Source of the DNA: a virus
Taxonomy: Duplodnaviria; Caudoviricetes
Virus record (IMG/VR): IMGVR_UViG_2836880742_000002
Location: 24,509 to 88,508 of that record
Length of the DNA stretch: 64,000 nt
Strand: one strand, 5' to 3'
The notes beneath the pieces are model-generated. The model saw nothing but the letters and a program-made list of their open reading frames with translations. It was not told where the DNA came from and made no database searches. Each line of letters starts with the position of its first letter. The first letter of the stretch is position 1. A program made the position numbers and the translations under genes. This document shows positions 30,890-40,172 of this stretch, piece by piece.

Positions 30890-32977
30890 TTACTCCTTTC
30901 TCGGTTCGTTTCCGTATTTCTGTACAAATGCCTTTAAAATCTCATCTAATTTTCCACGAATGCCTGCGTCTTGGATATAGTGAAGTTTTCCCACGCATCT
31001 TTCATGTAATTTGAAAACTCCCCGATACTTCATACTTACGGGTTTATCAGTAAACACAGACGTGGCAATAATCCCACATTCGTGTTTGTACCGAATATCC
31101 AACTCTGCTTTAAATTCCGTTGAAAGCACCCCTGTAATGAGCAATCTGCTTAACTTCTGTATCGGATGGTCTATCACAAAATCTGATTTCATCCAAACAG
31201 CATCCATGCCATATTTGCTTACTTTCAGAAAGTCAAACATACAAGCTCCAAATACATAATCATCCAAGAACCACAGGTAACAGAACGGTGCGGATCCAAG
31301 TATAATGCCCTTCTTTAGATATATCATCCGCAAGTAGTCTATTTCCGCCATAGAAGCACGGATGAAACGTAACTTACTTTTCTCGGTAAGTATGTAATCA
31401 TCCGGCAGCCGTTTGTATTTCAACGGGATGATGGTACGCTTATTGAAACTGTTCTCGCCCGTATCTCCAACATTGGAGTAAACATAAGTACGCTGGTCTT
31501 TGAAAACCTCCCTGCGTCCCATAAAGCCGTGTTGTGATAATAGCATATAATTCACCAACCCTTCGTCTATCTCCGAATACTTGGTATGGGTACGTTCCTG
31601 CCAACCGAAATCATCCAAAAGAAAACGCTGCAAGGCGTTGCTTGTAGCTTTCATGCCGGAATGAAACTCGTTCTGGTAAATCATGATATCGTTTTCATTG
31701 CAGTTGAGTATTGCATCCGATATATCTGCACAATACAAAACTTCAATGTTCTTCGGTTTAAGATTATCGACAAGTTTTTGATACCTCTCCGTGTATTTCT
31801 TCTTGTAGTAATCCAACCGGGCTATAAAATCATCGTATAGTGATTTATGGTAAATGTCTTGTGAGTTCTTATGTTTCTTGATAGCATTGAACAAATGAAT
31901 AGAAGCAACAATCTCTGCTGGATTGTCCGACCGGATGTCCATGAAACTATATTCCTCATTAAAACACAACTCTCTCACTTCTCCTTTGATTGCTTTGTAC
32001 ATGAGGTAGATAAAATACTCTTTCGTGTACACTTTTATCTCACGGTTGGTAAGCACTTGCTCTATATCCATATAGTAGGAGTTTACTATGTGGGCGATGT
32101 CGAACTTTGAAGCCTCTTTTTTTATGTAAGAAAGCATACGGTTGGTCTTCTTGAACATCTGACCAACGATTGTTACATTATCCGAATGCTCTGCTGCCCA
32201 CAAAAGAGGTTTGTGCCTTTGCGGAACTTTAGAATAATCAATATGGAATGCTTCAAGGCATTTTTCAATCGTGGTAAGTTGCTTGTATTCTTCCATATCC
32301 TCATGTAAGTAAGCATATTCCACGAATGAATACATAAATTTGATTGTTTCCAGCACTTTGTCAAAATCCCATGAGCTATTGAAGATGCGGAACTCACATG
32401 TGCCAATTTTAGAGATTGAACACAGATTGAGCCAATACCTTATATGCCCTCTGTCCGAACCGTTGCTGAACACTTTTAACAGATTGTCAACTGTGTCAAC
32501 ATTCAAAACTCTTTGTACTACATCCCAAGGAGGACTTGGTACAAGATACTTCGTTTCCCACCATTCGGCAATGTCAAAAATCCGTTTGATTGGATATGCG
32601 GTATAGTAAGAAAGCGCGAACATCCGTTTAATAACATCCAAATCCATATCCTTGATATACAGATGCGCATCAAACCCCTCATTCCACATGAGATAACTCC
32701 CGGCATCTCTCATCGTTTGGATGAAATCTTTTAGTTCCTGTAAATCTTCAACGCAGTAATGATATGGCCGGGTGTTTATCTCACCACCAAACTGACCATG
32801 ATGCGTGACTGCCGAACCGTCCGAGTTATTCATCATGGTTAGCTTGTTATCCGTCCACTTGTAACCAGATGGAAGTGGTATGCGTTGTTTGTCACCATCA
32901 GCAAATTCCAATTCCATGCCAAATGTACGATTGGCGATATAGTCAATCCAGGGCTTATCTATATTCATGTTCTGCAT
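30890..32977 (-). CDS. Amidoligase (COOH-NH2 ligase) fused to a degenerate MTase-like domain and a C-terminal GNAT-like DNA-modification domain
   Basis: TFGMELEF, DGS, EI, H, RY..NL, T.EFR ligase motifs; C-terminal SDF..KLSRL..TSVFTDKPVSMKYRG. Confidence 0.7.
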   Translation of the reverse strand: MQNMNIDKPWIDYIANRTFGMELEFADGDKQRIPLPSGYKWTDNKLTMMNNSDGSAVTHHGQFGGEINTRPYHYCVEDLQELKDFIQTMRDAGSYLMWNEGFDAHLYIKDMDLDVIKRMFALSYYTAYPIKRIFDIAEWWETKYLVPSPPWDVVQRVLNVDTVDNLLKVFSNGSDRGHIRYWLNLCSISKIGTCEFRIFNSSWDFDKVLETIKFMYSFVEYAYLHEDMEEYKQLTTIEKCLEAFHIDYSKVPQRHKPLLWAAEHSDNVTIVGQMFKKTNRMLSYIKKEASKFDIAHIVNSYYMDIEQVLTNREIKVYTKEYFIYLMYKAIKGEVRELCFNEEYSFMDIRSDNPAEIVASIHLFNAIKKHKNSQDIYHKSLYDDFIARLDYYKKKYTERYQKLVDNLKPKNIEVLYCADISDAILNCNENDIMIYQNEFHSGMKATSNALQRFLLDDFGWQERTHTKYSEIDEGLVNYMLLSQHGFMGRREVFKDQRTYVYSNVGDTGENSFNKRTIIPLKYKRLPDDYILTEKSKLRFIRASMAEIDYLRMIYLKKGIILGSAPFCYLWFLDDYVFGACMFDFLKVSKYGMDAVWMKSDFVIDHPIQKLSRLLITGVLSTEFKAELDIRYKHECGIIATSVFTDKPVSMKYRGVFKLHERCVGKLHYIQDAGIRGKLDEILKAFVQKYGNEPRKE

Positions 32978-33833
32978 ATCTCAACTTGACTAATGATTTA
33001 TAACTGGGTGTAAATACAACAAAGTCTCCAATGCAATAATCTGAGCAACGACCATTGATTACGTCCATTACAGTGTATTCGCTTGAGCTATCTGAATATT
33101 GTAAACCGTTGTCAAAGCAGCAACACTCATTCATGTCAGCCATAGAATACCCACAATCAAGAAGTATCTGGCTGCGTTCCGGATAAACGCCTACGACCTT
33201 AGTCCACAATTCAATACCGTTTACACCTAATTTGTTTTCATTGCCATTGTATGGAATTGTGCCAAATAGCATATATTCTCCAATGCGTACATCGCTTATG
33301 AATTTAGGCAGGTTTTCATTCTGTCCTAACCAAAAGCTACCACCTAAACTGATTGATTCAATATCGCCATTCAATGTTGCCCATATTTTACACAGTCGTT
33401 GCATATCCGGTCTGCTTCCATTCAAACAACCAGAGGTTATCATCCCGTAAGCATGGGCGTTATCATCGCAAGAACGAACCATCTTTGCAATCTGTCTTGC
33501 TTCAAACAAACTTACCCCTTCTCTATTATCAAACGCATTGATAGGAATATAGATATTCTTGATGCATCTGTCTACAACGCAATCCATTACATCATACGTG
33601 GTAGTAACCACTGCGCCTTTTTGATTACGCCTAGCCTTTCCAATAGAGTAACACACACTATCTTCAAAGTGAAGCGAAAAAATATCATTATCAACTCTAT
33701 GATGGAGATGCTTCCAAATATCCTCATAAAAATCTTTGAACATGAGCGAAACAGGAACATTTACAAGTGTTTCCGCTTTCTTGATGTTCTTAACAATGTT
33801 GTCTGTATATATAATTACTTTCATAACTCCCAC
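32955..33833 (-). CDS. PLP-dependent alanine/ornithine racemase-family protein
   Basis: N-terminal Lys (SLMFK), D.REG, SLGGS, RIGE..LFG, LD.G motifs. Confidence 0.8.
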   Translation of the reverse strand: MGVMKVIIYTDNIVKNIKKAETLVNVPVSLMFKDFYEDIWKHLHHRVDNDIFSLHFEDSVCYSIGKARRNQKGAVVTTTYDVMDCVVDRCIKNIYIPINAFDNREGVSLFEARQIAKMVRSCDDNAHAYGMITSGCLNGSRPDMQRLCKIWATLNGDIESISLGGSFWLGQNENLPKFISDVRIGEYMLFGTIPYNGNENKLGVNGIELWTKVVGVYPERSQILLDCGYSMADMNECCCFDNGLQYSDSSSEYTVMDVINGRCSDYCIGDFVVFTPSYKSLVKLRYAEHEYR

Positions 33834-34720
33834 TTCAAAATGACACGTTCAACTCCTTTGTATTTTGTAGCACGTTTAGGCGAGAAACCAGCATTGGTGA
33901 AACTTTTAATACTTGCGTCATTCTTGGGTGAAGTCATGGCAAATATTTCTTGTACTCCATTGGAGACCAACCTTGCAATATTTGCATTAAGAAGAATATA
34001 CTGAAACCCATTACCTCTGTAATCTGAACTGACAAAACATTTATCAACGTATGCTGTACCGTATTCTGTAAAATAAGCAAGTGAATAAGCTACAAAAGAG
34101 CCGTCCAGCCATAAGCCATAACTGCAACCGGATTGCAAACATTTCGCTATATCCTGAGGTTCTGATGCAAAGCATATTTCAGGATTAGATAGTAAGGCTT
34201 GTTCCATTGTTTCAATCTCGGTCATATCAAACATAGACAGAGACTTGACTTCCATTTTACATTCAATACTTCCTCTATGGGTAGGAAATAGAGGCTCGTA
34301 TCGGTCTATCCATGCTTTGGAGAGGAATGCATCAACATCTGTTTGAGACAACAATGCTTTTCTGTAATTGTCAAAAATGCCTAATACAAATTCTTTATGT
34401 TTGGTTAGTTGCTCATTCTTCAAAGGACACTTGCCACTACGGAAAACAAAACCTTTCTTTACCGACTTTACCCACAAAGGATAAGTTCTACACATGATAG
34501 GTTTGTAACCATTGTCACATGACTTACAGTCTTTAGCGATACATTTTACCTTTTTACCGCCAAAGTAATCATTGTCTATAATTCGTAAATGAGATATTTC
34601 CTGCTCGTGCCCGTTAAATTCATAGGGCAAAATAACGATATGCCCGTCCGAACCGAACGAACAACACTTCCAGCCGCAGTCAGATTTTTCACATGCTCTT
34701 ATTAGTCCTTTTCCGTCCAT
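33821..34720 (-). CDS. YkgJ-like Cys-cluster (Fe-S) domain fused to a GNAT acyltransferase
   Basis: C....CG..CC and KP..CR.YP; V..DYRGNG and N.AS...F...GF GNAT motifs. Confidence 0.8.
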   Translation of the reverse strand: MDGKGLIRACEKSDCGWKCCSFGSDGHIVILPYEFNGHEQEISHLRIIDNDYFGGKKVKCIAKDCKSCDNGYKPIMCRTYPLWVKSVKKGFVFRSGKCPLKNEQLTKHKEFVLGIFDNYRKALLSQTDVDAFLSKAWIDRYEPLFPTHRGSIECKMEVKSLSMFDMTEIETMEQALLSNPEICFASEPQDIAKCLQSGCSYGLWLDGSFVAYSLAYFTEYGTAYVDKCFVSSDYRGNGFQYILLNANIARLVSNGVQEIFAMTSPKNDASIKSFTNAGFSPKRATKYKGVERVILKWEL

Positions 34721-34731
34721 ATTCTTGGGTT

Positions 34732-34749
34732 GTATATAACTTCATATAC
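34732..34749 (-). promoter_or_regulatory. T-GAAG-NN-R leader hairpin before the modification operon
   Basis: GTATA-TGAAGTTA-TATAC. Confidence 0.55.
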
Positions 34750-34757
34750 TTTATTTG

Positions 34758-34827
34758 AGCGGAAACAGGGAATCGAACCCCACTCTTTGGCTGGAATGCC
34801 AACGCTCTACCGATGAGCTATTTCCGC
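34758..34827 (-). tRNA. tRNA-Gly(UCC)-like RNA with 6-nt anticodon loop
   Basis: GCGGAAA TA GCTC ATCGGTA GAGC G TTGGC-ATTCCA-GCCAA AGAG TGGGG TTCGATT CCCTG TTTCCGC T. Confidence 0.85.
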
Positions 34828-34887
34828 ATTTGCCAATACTGCCAAACCACCGCTTGCTTGGCAAATCTGACAGCATCCCATCAAACT

Positions 34888-35352
34888 CTATTGATGGTTG
34901 GCTAATAAATCTGGATTATCGTAAATATTTCCTTTTAGTTCATATTCATATGAAATTGTTCCATGTGCATGCCCATCATTCCAATATGAGGAATATACAA
35001 AACGCGATACAACATAGTCTTTATAAGACTTATGTTTTATACCAAAAACTCCATTATCAAAGCATACTTCACTTATTAAACCGTAGTCGTATCCATTTGT
35101 GACAATTTGTTCAACAATATCGCCCTCATAAATCTCTTTACCGTTCCTATCTTGTAGCCCTGTGTATTGTCCAACGGTTTCATTTTGTACTTTTGTTGCA
35201 ACTATCGTGATAGTGTTTCCTTCATCAGATAATGTCGTTTCGGTACAAGCGTGGTATATGTAATATTCGCCTTGATTTTCTATAAGGTCTCCGTACATCC
35301 ATTTTCCGCTATCAAGGCTTTTTCCTCTGAATCTTATTCTTTTCATATTCAA
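34888..35352 (-). CDS. YopX family protein
   Basis: I.FRGK..W.YG.L..GQYTGL.D.NGKEIYEGDI..GNIYDNP. Confidence 0.9.
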   Translation of the reverse strand: MNMKRIRFRGKSLDSGKWMYGDLIENQGEYYIYHACTETTLSDEGNTITIVATKVQNETVGQYTGLQDRNGKEIYEGDIVEQIVTNGYDYGLISEVCFDNGVFGIKHKSYKDYVVSRFVYSSYWNDGHAHGTISYEYELKGNIYDNPDLLANHQ

Positions 35353-35750
35353 AACAAACTTGCTTGTTCATACTTAGGTCCTTTCTTCTCAACAACTCCA
35401 AATTCTGCGATTTCAATTCCAGTCTTTTCAGTCAGCCATTTTGCCAAAATATGACGATGGCAGAAATCTCCCGGCTTTTCGTAGCAGCAAAGAGCGACAT
35501 CTTTACCATTGCCTAATGCTTGGATTTGTTCTAAAACCTTTCCCGCATCCTGTTTGGCAAGAATGTCATCATACATTTTAAGATATTCTTCATGCGAGCA
35601 AGCTCCACTTATCATATATCTCGTAGGACAAACATTCAACATTTGAGGAGCTTGAATAAATCTTGGTCTGCCAATAGCGACACAGATTATCATTACTCCT
35701 GCTTCATTCAGTTTCCGGGCATTCCCGAAATATGATGTGTAAATCTTCAT
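35349..35750 (-). CDS. DUF488-like protein
   Basis: IYTSYF..ALCCYEKP.DFCHR. Confidence 0.8.
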   Translation of the reverse strand: MKIYTSYFGNARKLNEAGVMIICVAIGRPRFIQAPQMLNVCPTRYMISGACSHEEYLKMYDDILAKQDAGKVLEQIQALGNGKDVALCCYEKPGDFCHRHILAKWLTEKTGIEIAEFGVVEKKGPKYEQASLF

Positions 35751-35856
35751 TTTCTTCTTATTTACGTTGTAAAGATACTATTTTTGTTTGAAAAACAATC
35801 ATTTTTTTACGCTAAAATAGGCTAAACTACCACGTTTTTGCCATTTCTATGACTTT

Positions 35857-36081
35857 TTAATAATCTCCTACGTGCAGTAAACTTGCTTCGGAGTGGAAAT
35901 TTATATCATCTAACCGATATTCTATGAGTAAACAAGTGTATTCATCACCAATTTTACGGTGTCTTTGATGTTTCTTGGCAAGTGCTTCCAGTTCTTTGCC
36001 TGATAGTCCATACCCGTTCTTTCGGTTAAGGTTCTTCATCCTATCTTTGTCTTTTTCTTTCAGGTCTTCGTATGTCTTCAT
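35857..36081 (-). CDS. Hypothetical protein, possibly truncated by a nonsense codon
   Basis: GDY*KVIEMAKTW* continues in frame. Confidence 0.5.
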   Translation of the reverse strand: MKTYEDLKEKDKDRMKNLNRKNGYGLSGKELEALAKKHQRHRKIGDEYTCLLIEYRLDDINFHSEASLLHVGDY

Positions 36082-36242
36082 GGCTCAATCCTCCTCAAAT
36101 TCATCTTCATATACAAATATATGTTTGCCACTTCCACAAATCTCGACTTCCCATTTATATATGTTCGGCCAATATTCGATTAGGATGATGTTCCGATAGC
36201 CTTTATATGACTCTTTTAATGTTGCTGTTCTCATTGTTCTAT

Positions 36243-36527
36243 TTATCCGTTATACGTTGCTGCTATTTCTTCTGCTTTCAATTCTTTGGTAAGTTCGCCA
36301 TTCTTGTAGAATCGTACTGCCACAACACGAACCGTATCTGATAAGAACCGACCGCAATCATTAGTCAGTTTTGCTTGCAACTTAATTGCTTTAACCAAAC
36401 TCTTGGTGCGTTTCTTGATTGTCTTCTTGAAACCGAAAACGTAATCTTCGGTATCAATCTCAAACTGGTAGGTATCAGAGCGCAGTATCTGATTAAGTTC
36501 GGATGTCATTTGCTGTATTCTATTCAT
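36243..36527 (-). CDS. Hypothetical protein
   Basis: Small-gene cassette. Confidence 0.6.
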   Translation of the reverse strand: MNRIQQMTSELNQILRSDTYQFEIDTEDYVFGFKKTIKKRTKSLVKAIKLQAKLTNDCGRFLSDTVRVVAVRFYKNGELTKELKAEEIAATYNG

Positions 36528-36538
36528 TATCCTATATT

Positions 36539-36973
36539 TTAAAGTGATTTCAAAATATTCATGTTAGCTGTATCGGTACTAATTATGAAACGATAAACAA
36601 ATCTACAATCAGAAAACTCACATCTATATTTTAATCCAAGTTCTCTTAGTTTATTCTCTACCATTTCTACATTGTTTTTAAACCCAAACAAAGAGTTTAT
36701 TCCAATGCCGTATGATGCAGGATAAACAGACATAGTAGAACTGAACAACTTGCGTAGATAATTGGATAAGTTTCGATAAGATGATTTTTCGCTGATTTTG
36801 TCAAGCAACCATTCAACAGTTACTTCTTTTTGCTTAGGAGCCTTAATCGACCTATAATCTATATAGATGTAATTACCTTTTTCAAAAGGAACTTCATTAC
36901 AATTATCATCATGTGCCCAAATATTGTAACCAAGTTCGTTCAATTTGCTTATTGTTTCTTTTGTAATCTTCAT
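36539..36973 (-). CDS. Hypothetical protein
   Basis: Small-gene cassette. Confidence 0.6.
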   Translation of the reverse strand: MKITKETISKLNELGYNIWAHDDNCNEVPFEKGNYIYIDYRSIKAPKQKEVTVEWLLDKISEKSSYRNLSNYLRKLFSSTMSVYPASYGIGINSLFGFKNNVEMVENKLRELGLKYRCEFSDCRFVYRFIISTDTANMNILKSL

Positions 36974-36985
36974 TGCTTATGTATA

Positions 36986-37195
36986 TCAAAGATTATCACC
37001 CGGCAATTTAACACCTGCATTTCGGAGAGCGATTGTCATTTCTCCAATGAAACCATTAAGCTCATTGAAACAATAGGTTCTTTGAGGAATACTCATAGCA
37101 ATCTGGCATTGAATGCTGTTTAACCCGAAATCGACAGCTGCTTTTACTATGTTTTCTATGAATACTTTTCTCTGACTTTCTTTGTTCGTTTTCAT
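36986..37195 (-). CDS. Hypothetical protein behind a degenerate copy of the repeated promoter
   Basis: Upstream TATCTTTACATATC..AGAGTAATG. Confidence 0.55.
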   Translation of the reverse strand: MKTNKESQRKVFIENIVKAAVDFGLNSIQCQIAMSIPQRTYCFNELNGFIGEMTIALRNAGVKLPGDNL

Positions 37196-37486
37196 TACTC
37201 TTATTATTTAAGTTGTTATTTTGGATATGTAAAGATACAAATAATATATTGAATATCAATAGTTTACATCTAAAATACCGAGAGCTTAAACTTTGTTTAA
37301 CTTTTGAATCTCAGCAACTTACGGTCAAGCATCCGGGCAAAGACACCGGTCGCGAACACCGTCTCACGACCCTTGTCATCCTTGCAGCGGATATACACGT
37401 CCGCATCCTTGCAGGACTTGTAGAACTCGTACAGATTGCCGTATGGCTGGATGACATCACGAAATATTTGCGACGCCGTTTTAGAT

Positions 37487-37786
37487 TTATGATAACCTCC
37501 CATACCCATATTTTCCAAACAGCAATGCCTTGCTTTTCTCAATCTCACTATTGGTATCAATGCCTATCTGTTGGTAAAATCCAGCATTCCCCGAAAGACA
37601 CTCATGCGCTATCTTCAACGTCCTGCGTTCTTCTTTGGTGAAACCTATGCGAAATTTGGAGAAAATCGCCAGTGCAGATTTAAAGTCACCGCACCGAAGC
37701 AACGACACTGCTTTATTGGTTTTCGTCTTCATAAGGATAAATTTCTCTGCCTTCAAAATCATCAGCCGTAAGCACGACTTCCTCAC
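37487..37786 (-). CDS. Hypothetical protein (probable start MKTKT about 37732)
   Basis: ORF in cassette. Confidence 0.55.
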   Translation of the reverse strand: MRKSCLRLMILKAEKFILMKTKTNKAVSLLRCGDFKSALAIFSKFRIGFTKEERRTLKIAHECLSGNAGFYQQIGIDTNSEIEKSKALLFGKYGYGRLS

Positions 37787-37892
37787 AGTCTATCATTTCC
37801 TCTACTTTCTCTAAAGCGACATCATAATCTTCAGCTTCGACCTCTATGACTTTTGAGAGGGCTTCGATTATCTTGAACTTATACTTCATCAT
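37713..37892 (-). CDS. DpnD/PcfM-like small protein (not in the ORF track)
   Basis: MKYKFKIIEALSKVIEVEAEDYDVALEKVEEMIDCEEVVLTADDF. Confidence 0.65.
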   Translation of the reverse strand: MMKYKFKIIEALSKVIEVEAEDYDVALEKVEEMIDCEEVVLTADDFEGREIYPYEDENQ

Positions 37893-37904
37893 ATTTCACC
37901 TGTG

Positions 37905-38342
37905 TTAATCATTCATTATTTCATCAATCTTATCGTATCCTTTAATAGCTTCAATTACCAAACCTGGCTTGACGTTGAACAAGTATTTCAGTTCATCATC
38001 AGTAAGGACAGAGCAAGCCTTATGGCAAATGTCATGTATAGTAATGCATTCTTCCAGTCCAAGGTTCTCTTCTTGTCCGTCTTCAACAATGGCGGCAAGT
38101 CCATATCCAAACCTGTTATTTTTCTTATCCGTTCGATATTGGCACAAATCTTTTACAAATCCGAGTTTTACCCCAAATTCGCCATCGTGTTCTGAAAAAT
38201 CTGCGAGGTTCTCAATCAGCCCCTCACTGTCATCAGCGTAAAGTCTATATACTTCTGCATCCTCATTTTTGAATAATGCAATGGCTGTATTCTTTTGTAC
38301 TACAAGCCATATAAAACCGTCCTTTGTAATCTTTGTTCTCAT
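37905..38342 (-). CDS. Hypothetical protein
   Basis: ORF in cassette. Confidence 0.6.
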   Translation of the reverse strand: MRTKITKDGFIWLVVQKNTAIALFKNEDAEVYRLYADDSEGLIENLADFSEHDGEFGVKLGFVKDLCQYRTDKKNNRFGYGLAAIVEDGQEENLGLEECITIHDICHKACSVLTDDELKYLFNVKPGLVIEAIKGYDKIDEIMND

Positions 38343-38629
38343 AACCTTAACTCTTCCATTATTTGTATTGCCACTTTATTTGCCTCGTCTGTCCTGTTGT
38401 CTTCGACAATCTGACTATTCATCCAGTTGGATTGCCATTCTATGTAACCAATGTCATTGCAGGACATCTTAAAACCCTCATATAAGTATGAGTATGCAAT
38501 CTTTTCTGCAAGACCTTGTACATGATAGCCAAGACGCATGCCTGCCAATATCCTCACGCACCAACCAACACCATTGCGAATTGTTTTTTCGTCATTATCA
38601 GTAGTTGTCATTGATTTTATCCTCCACAT
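38339..38629 (-). CDS. Hypothetical protein
   Basis: ORF in cassette. Confidence 0.5.
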   Translation of the reverse strand: MWRIKSMTTTDNDEKTIRNGVGWCVRILAGMRLGYHVQGLAEKIAYSYLYEGFKMSCNDIGYIEWQSNWMNSQIVEDNRTDEANKVAIQIMEELRL

Positions 38630-38798
38630 TATGAATAAACTCCTCTATCATTTCTTCAAGCTCCCAACGCAAATCCTCTTTATCCAGATAGGAACAGTAC
38701 GTTTTTGCATTCTCCATCGATTGCAGAATATTCCTTACCGCATACTCTTGTTTTTCGGTTAGGCTTAATAGTGATGTATTCATACTTGTTCTCCCCAT
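38598..38798 (-). CDS. Hypothetical protein
   Basis: ORF in cassette. Confidence 0.5.
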   Translation of the reverse strand: MGRTSMNTSLLSLTEKQEYAVRNILQSMENAKTYCSYLDKEDLRWELEEMIEEFIHNVEDKINDNY

Positions 38799-39430
38799 AG
38801 CTTTTTAGCCAATTCGTATTTCTTTTGCAGTTCATTCGCCTCTTTCTTGGCGTAGGTCAGAGAATAGGAGTGTTCCCGTGGATATTTGCCGGATTTCAGC
38901 CCTTCATGGTATTCCTTAGCGACTTCCAACTCATGTTCATAGAAATCTATACTTTCCGGCATAGAAAGATTGATAGTTTTAGCGCGTTTTTCCCAATACT
39001 TGGCTACTCTTTCATGTTCGGCAGCTTTGTCGCTAAACTCAACACTTTTGCCCATATTATTCCAGGCATCATCAATCATTTTGCGATGCCGTTTCTCGCT
39101 ATGATGTCCGACTTTGATAGGCTCACCGAGAGAAAGGAAATCAGCATCTTTATTTGACTTGTTATAAAATTCAGTACTCTTGCGTTCTGCCGATGCAGCC
39201 CATTCACGTCTGCGTTCAGCTCTTTGCTTCGCCCATTCCTGAACATTGAAGCCATCGGCACGGACTATTGAATAGTAATAGAATCCGTCACGTTCAAAGA
39301 CCAGGTTAAAGACTACGCTTTCGTTCTCCTTACCGTACTTTGTGGTAACGGGGATTATTTCTCCTTTCTCATGTTCTTCTTCACACTTTGCCAAAAATAC
39401 GTTTGGCGCAAACTTGTAATACGTGTTCAT
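38780..39430 (-). CDS. DUF3560 family protein
   Basis: LGEPIKVGHHSEKRHR motif. Confidence 0.85.
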   Translation of the reverse strand: MNTYYKFAPNVFLAKCEEEHEKGEIIPVTTKYGKENESVVFNLVFERDGFYYYSIVRADGFNVQEWAKQRAERRREWAASAERKSTEFYNKSNKDADFLSLGEPIKVGHHSEKRHRKMIDDAWNNMGKSVEFSDKAAEHERVAKYWEKRAKTINLSMPESIDFYEHELEVAKEYHEGLKSGKYPREHSYSLTYAKKEANELQKKYELAKKLWGEQV

Positions 39431-39437
39431 TGCTCTT

Positions 39438-39749
39438 TTAATTTAAGTCGTTCAATTTCGTTGGTTTAAAATAAATATCCCGTTCAATCGTAAGACCAAA
39501 CGGGAGTCTTATGCTTTCAAGCTCTTTCAATGTGAAGTAACCAAACTCTCTGCCATAGCTGTTTTCCACCAATCCAAAAAATCGCCAATCGCCACCTTCC
39601 TGTTTATCGCCCTCGGTAACATACCATGTGTAAGAACCGTTTGGTTGAAAAAATTTGCAGATTGCCACTACTTCCTCACCTTTATTTTGTTGGCTGTAAA
39701 TCGGATATTTCACTAATTGTTTTTCTATTTGTTTTGTTATCAGTTTCAT
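39438..39749 (-). CDS. DUF2958 family protein
   Basis: KFF.P....TWY.TE..FFGLV..E.GYF.L.EL..IERD. Confidence 0.85.
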   Translation of the reverse strand: MKLITKQIEKQLVKYPIYSQQNKGEEVVAICKFFQPNGSYTWYVTEGDKQEGGDWRFFGLVENSYGREFGYFTLKELESIRLPFGLTIERDIYFKPTKLNDLN

Positions 39750-39871
39750 TGCTCTTATCTTTTAATTGCGAGTATTATATGTTTCTTTTATTTGATATGT
39801 AAAGATACTCATTTTTAGTGAATCAGCCAAACATTTACACAATTAATTTACTCATAATCAGCAACTTAACT
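39747..39871 (-). repeat. Promoter/leader cassette, copy 3
   Basis: Colinear with 20985-21115 and 28065-28195. Confidence 0.8.
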
Positions 39872-40172
39872 ATTATCCTATTACTTCCATTCATATCTAT
39901 TTGAATAATCACTTGTAAAAAACATCTCTAACGGATGATAGAGTATTATAATAGCAAGAGTTGGCTTGGTCGTGCGGGTCGGCCCCCTTTTTATTTTCAA
40001 TTTGTCCCTCTTCCCCACAGCATTGCATTGTAGAGCGAGGTTGCATAGAGCCTGACTTCCCATTCTTGGGTGAGTTGGTTGTTGGCCATGGCTGCGAGGC
40101 ATGCCTTGTGCCATAGGTATTCATTTTTTCCTGTCGCCATTGTCTATTCTCCTTTCATATTTTTAACCATCA

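Noticed and set aside
34758-34827. tRNA copy as a prophage att site
   Set aside because: It lies in the middle of the phage genome, has no duplicated 3' end and no integrase nearby
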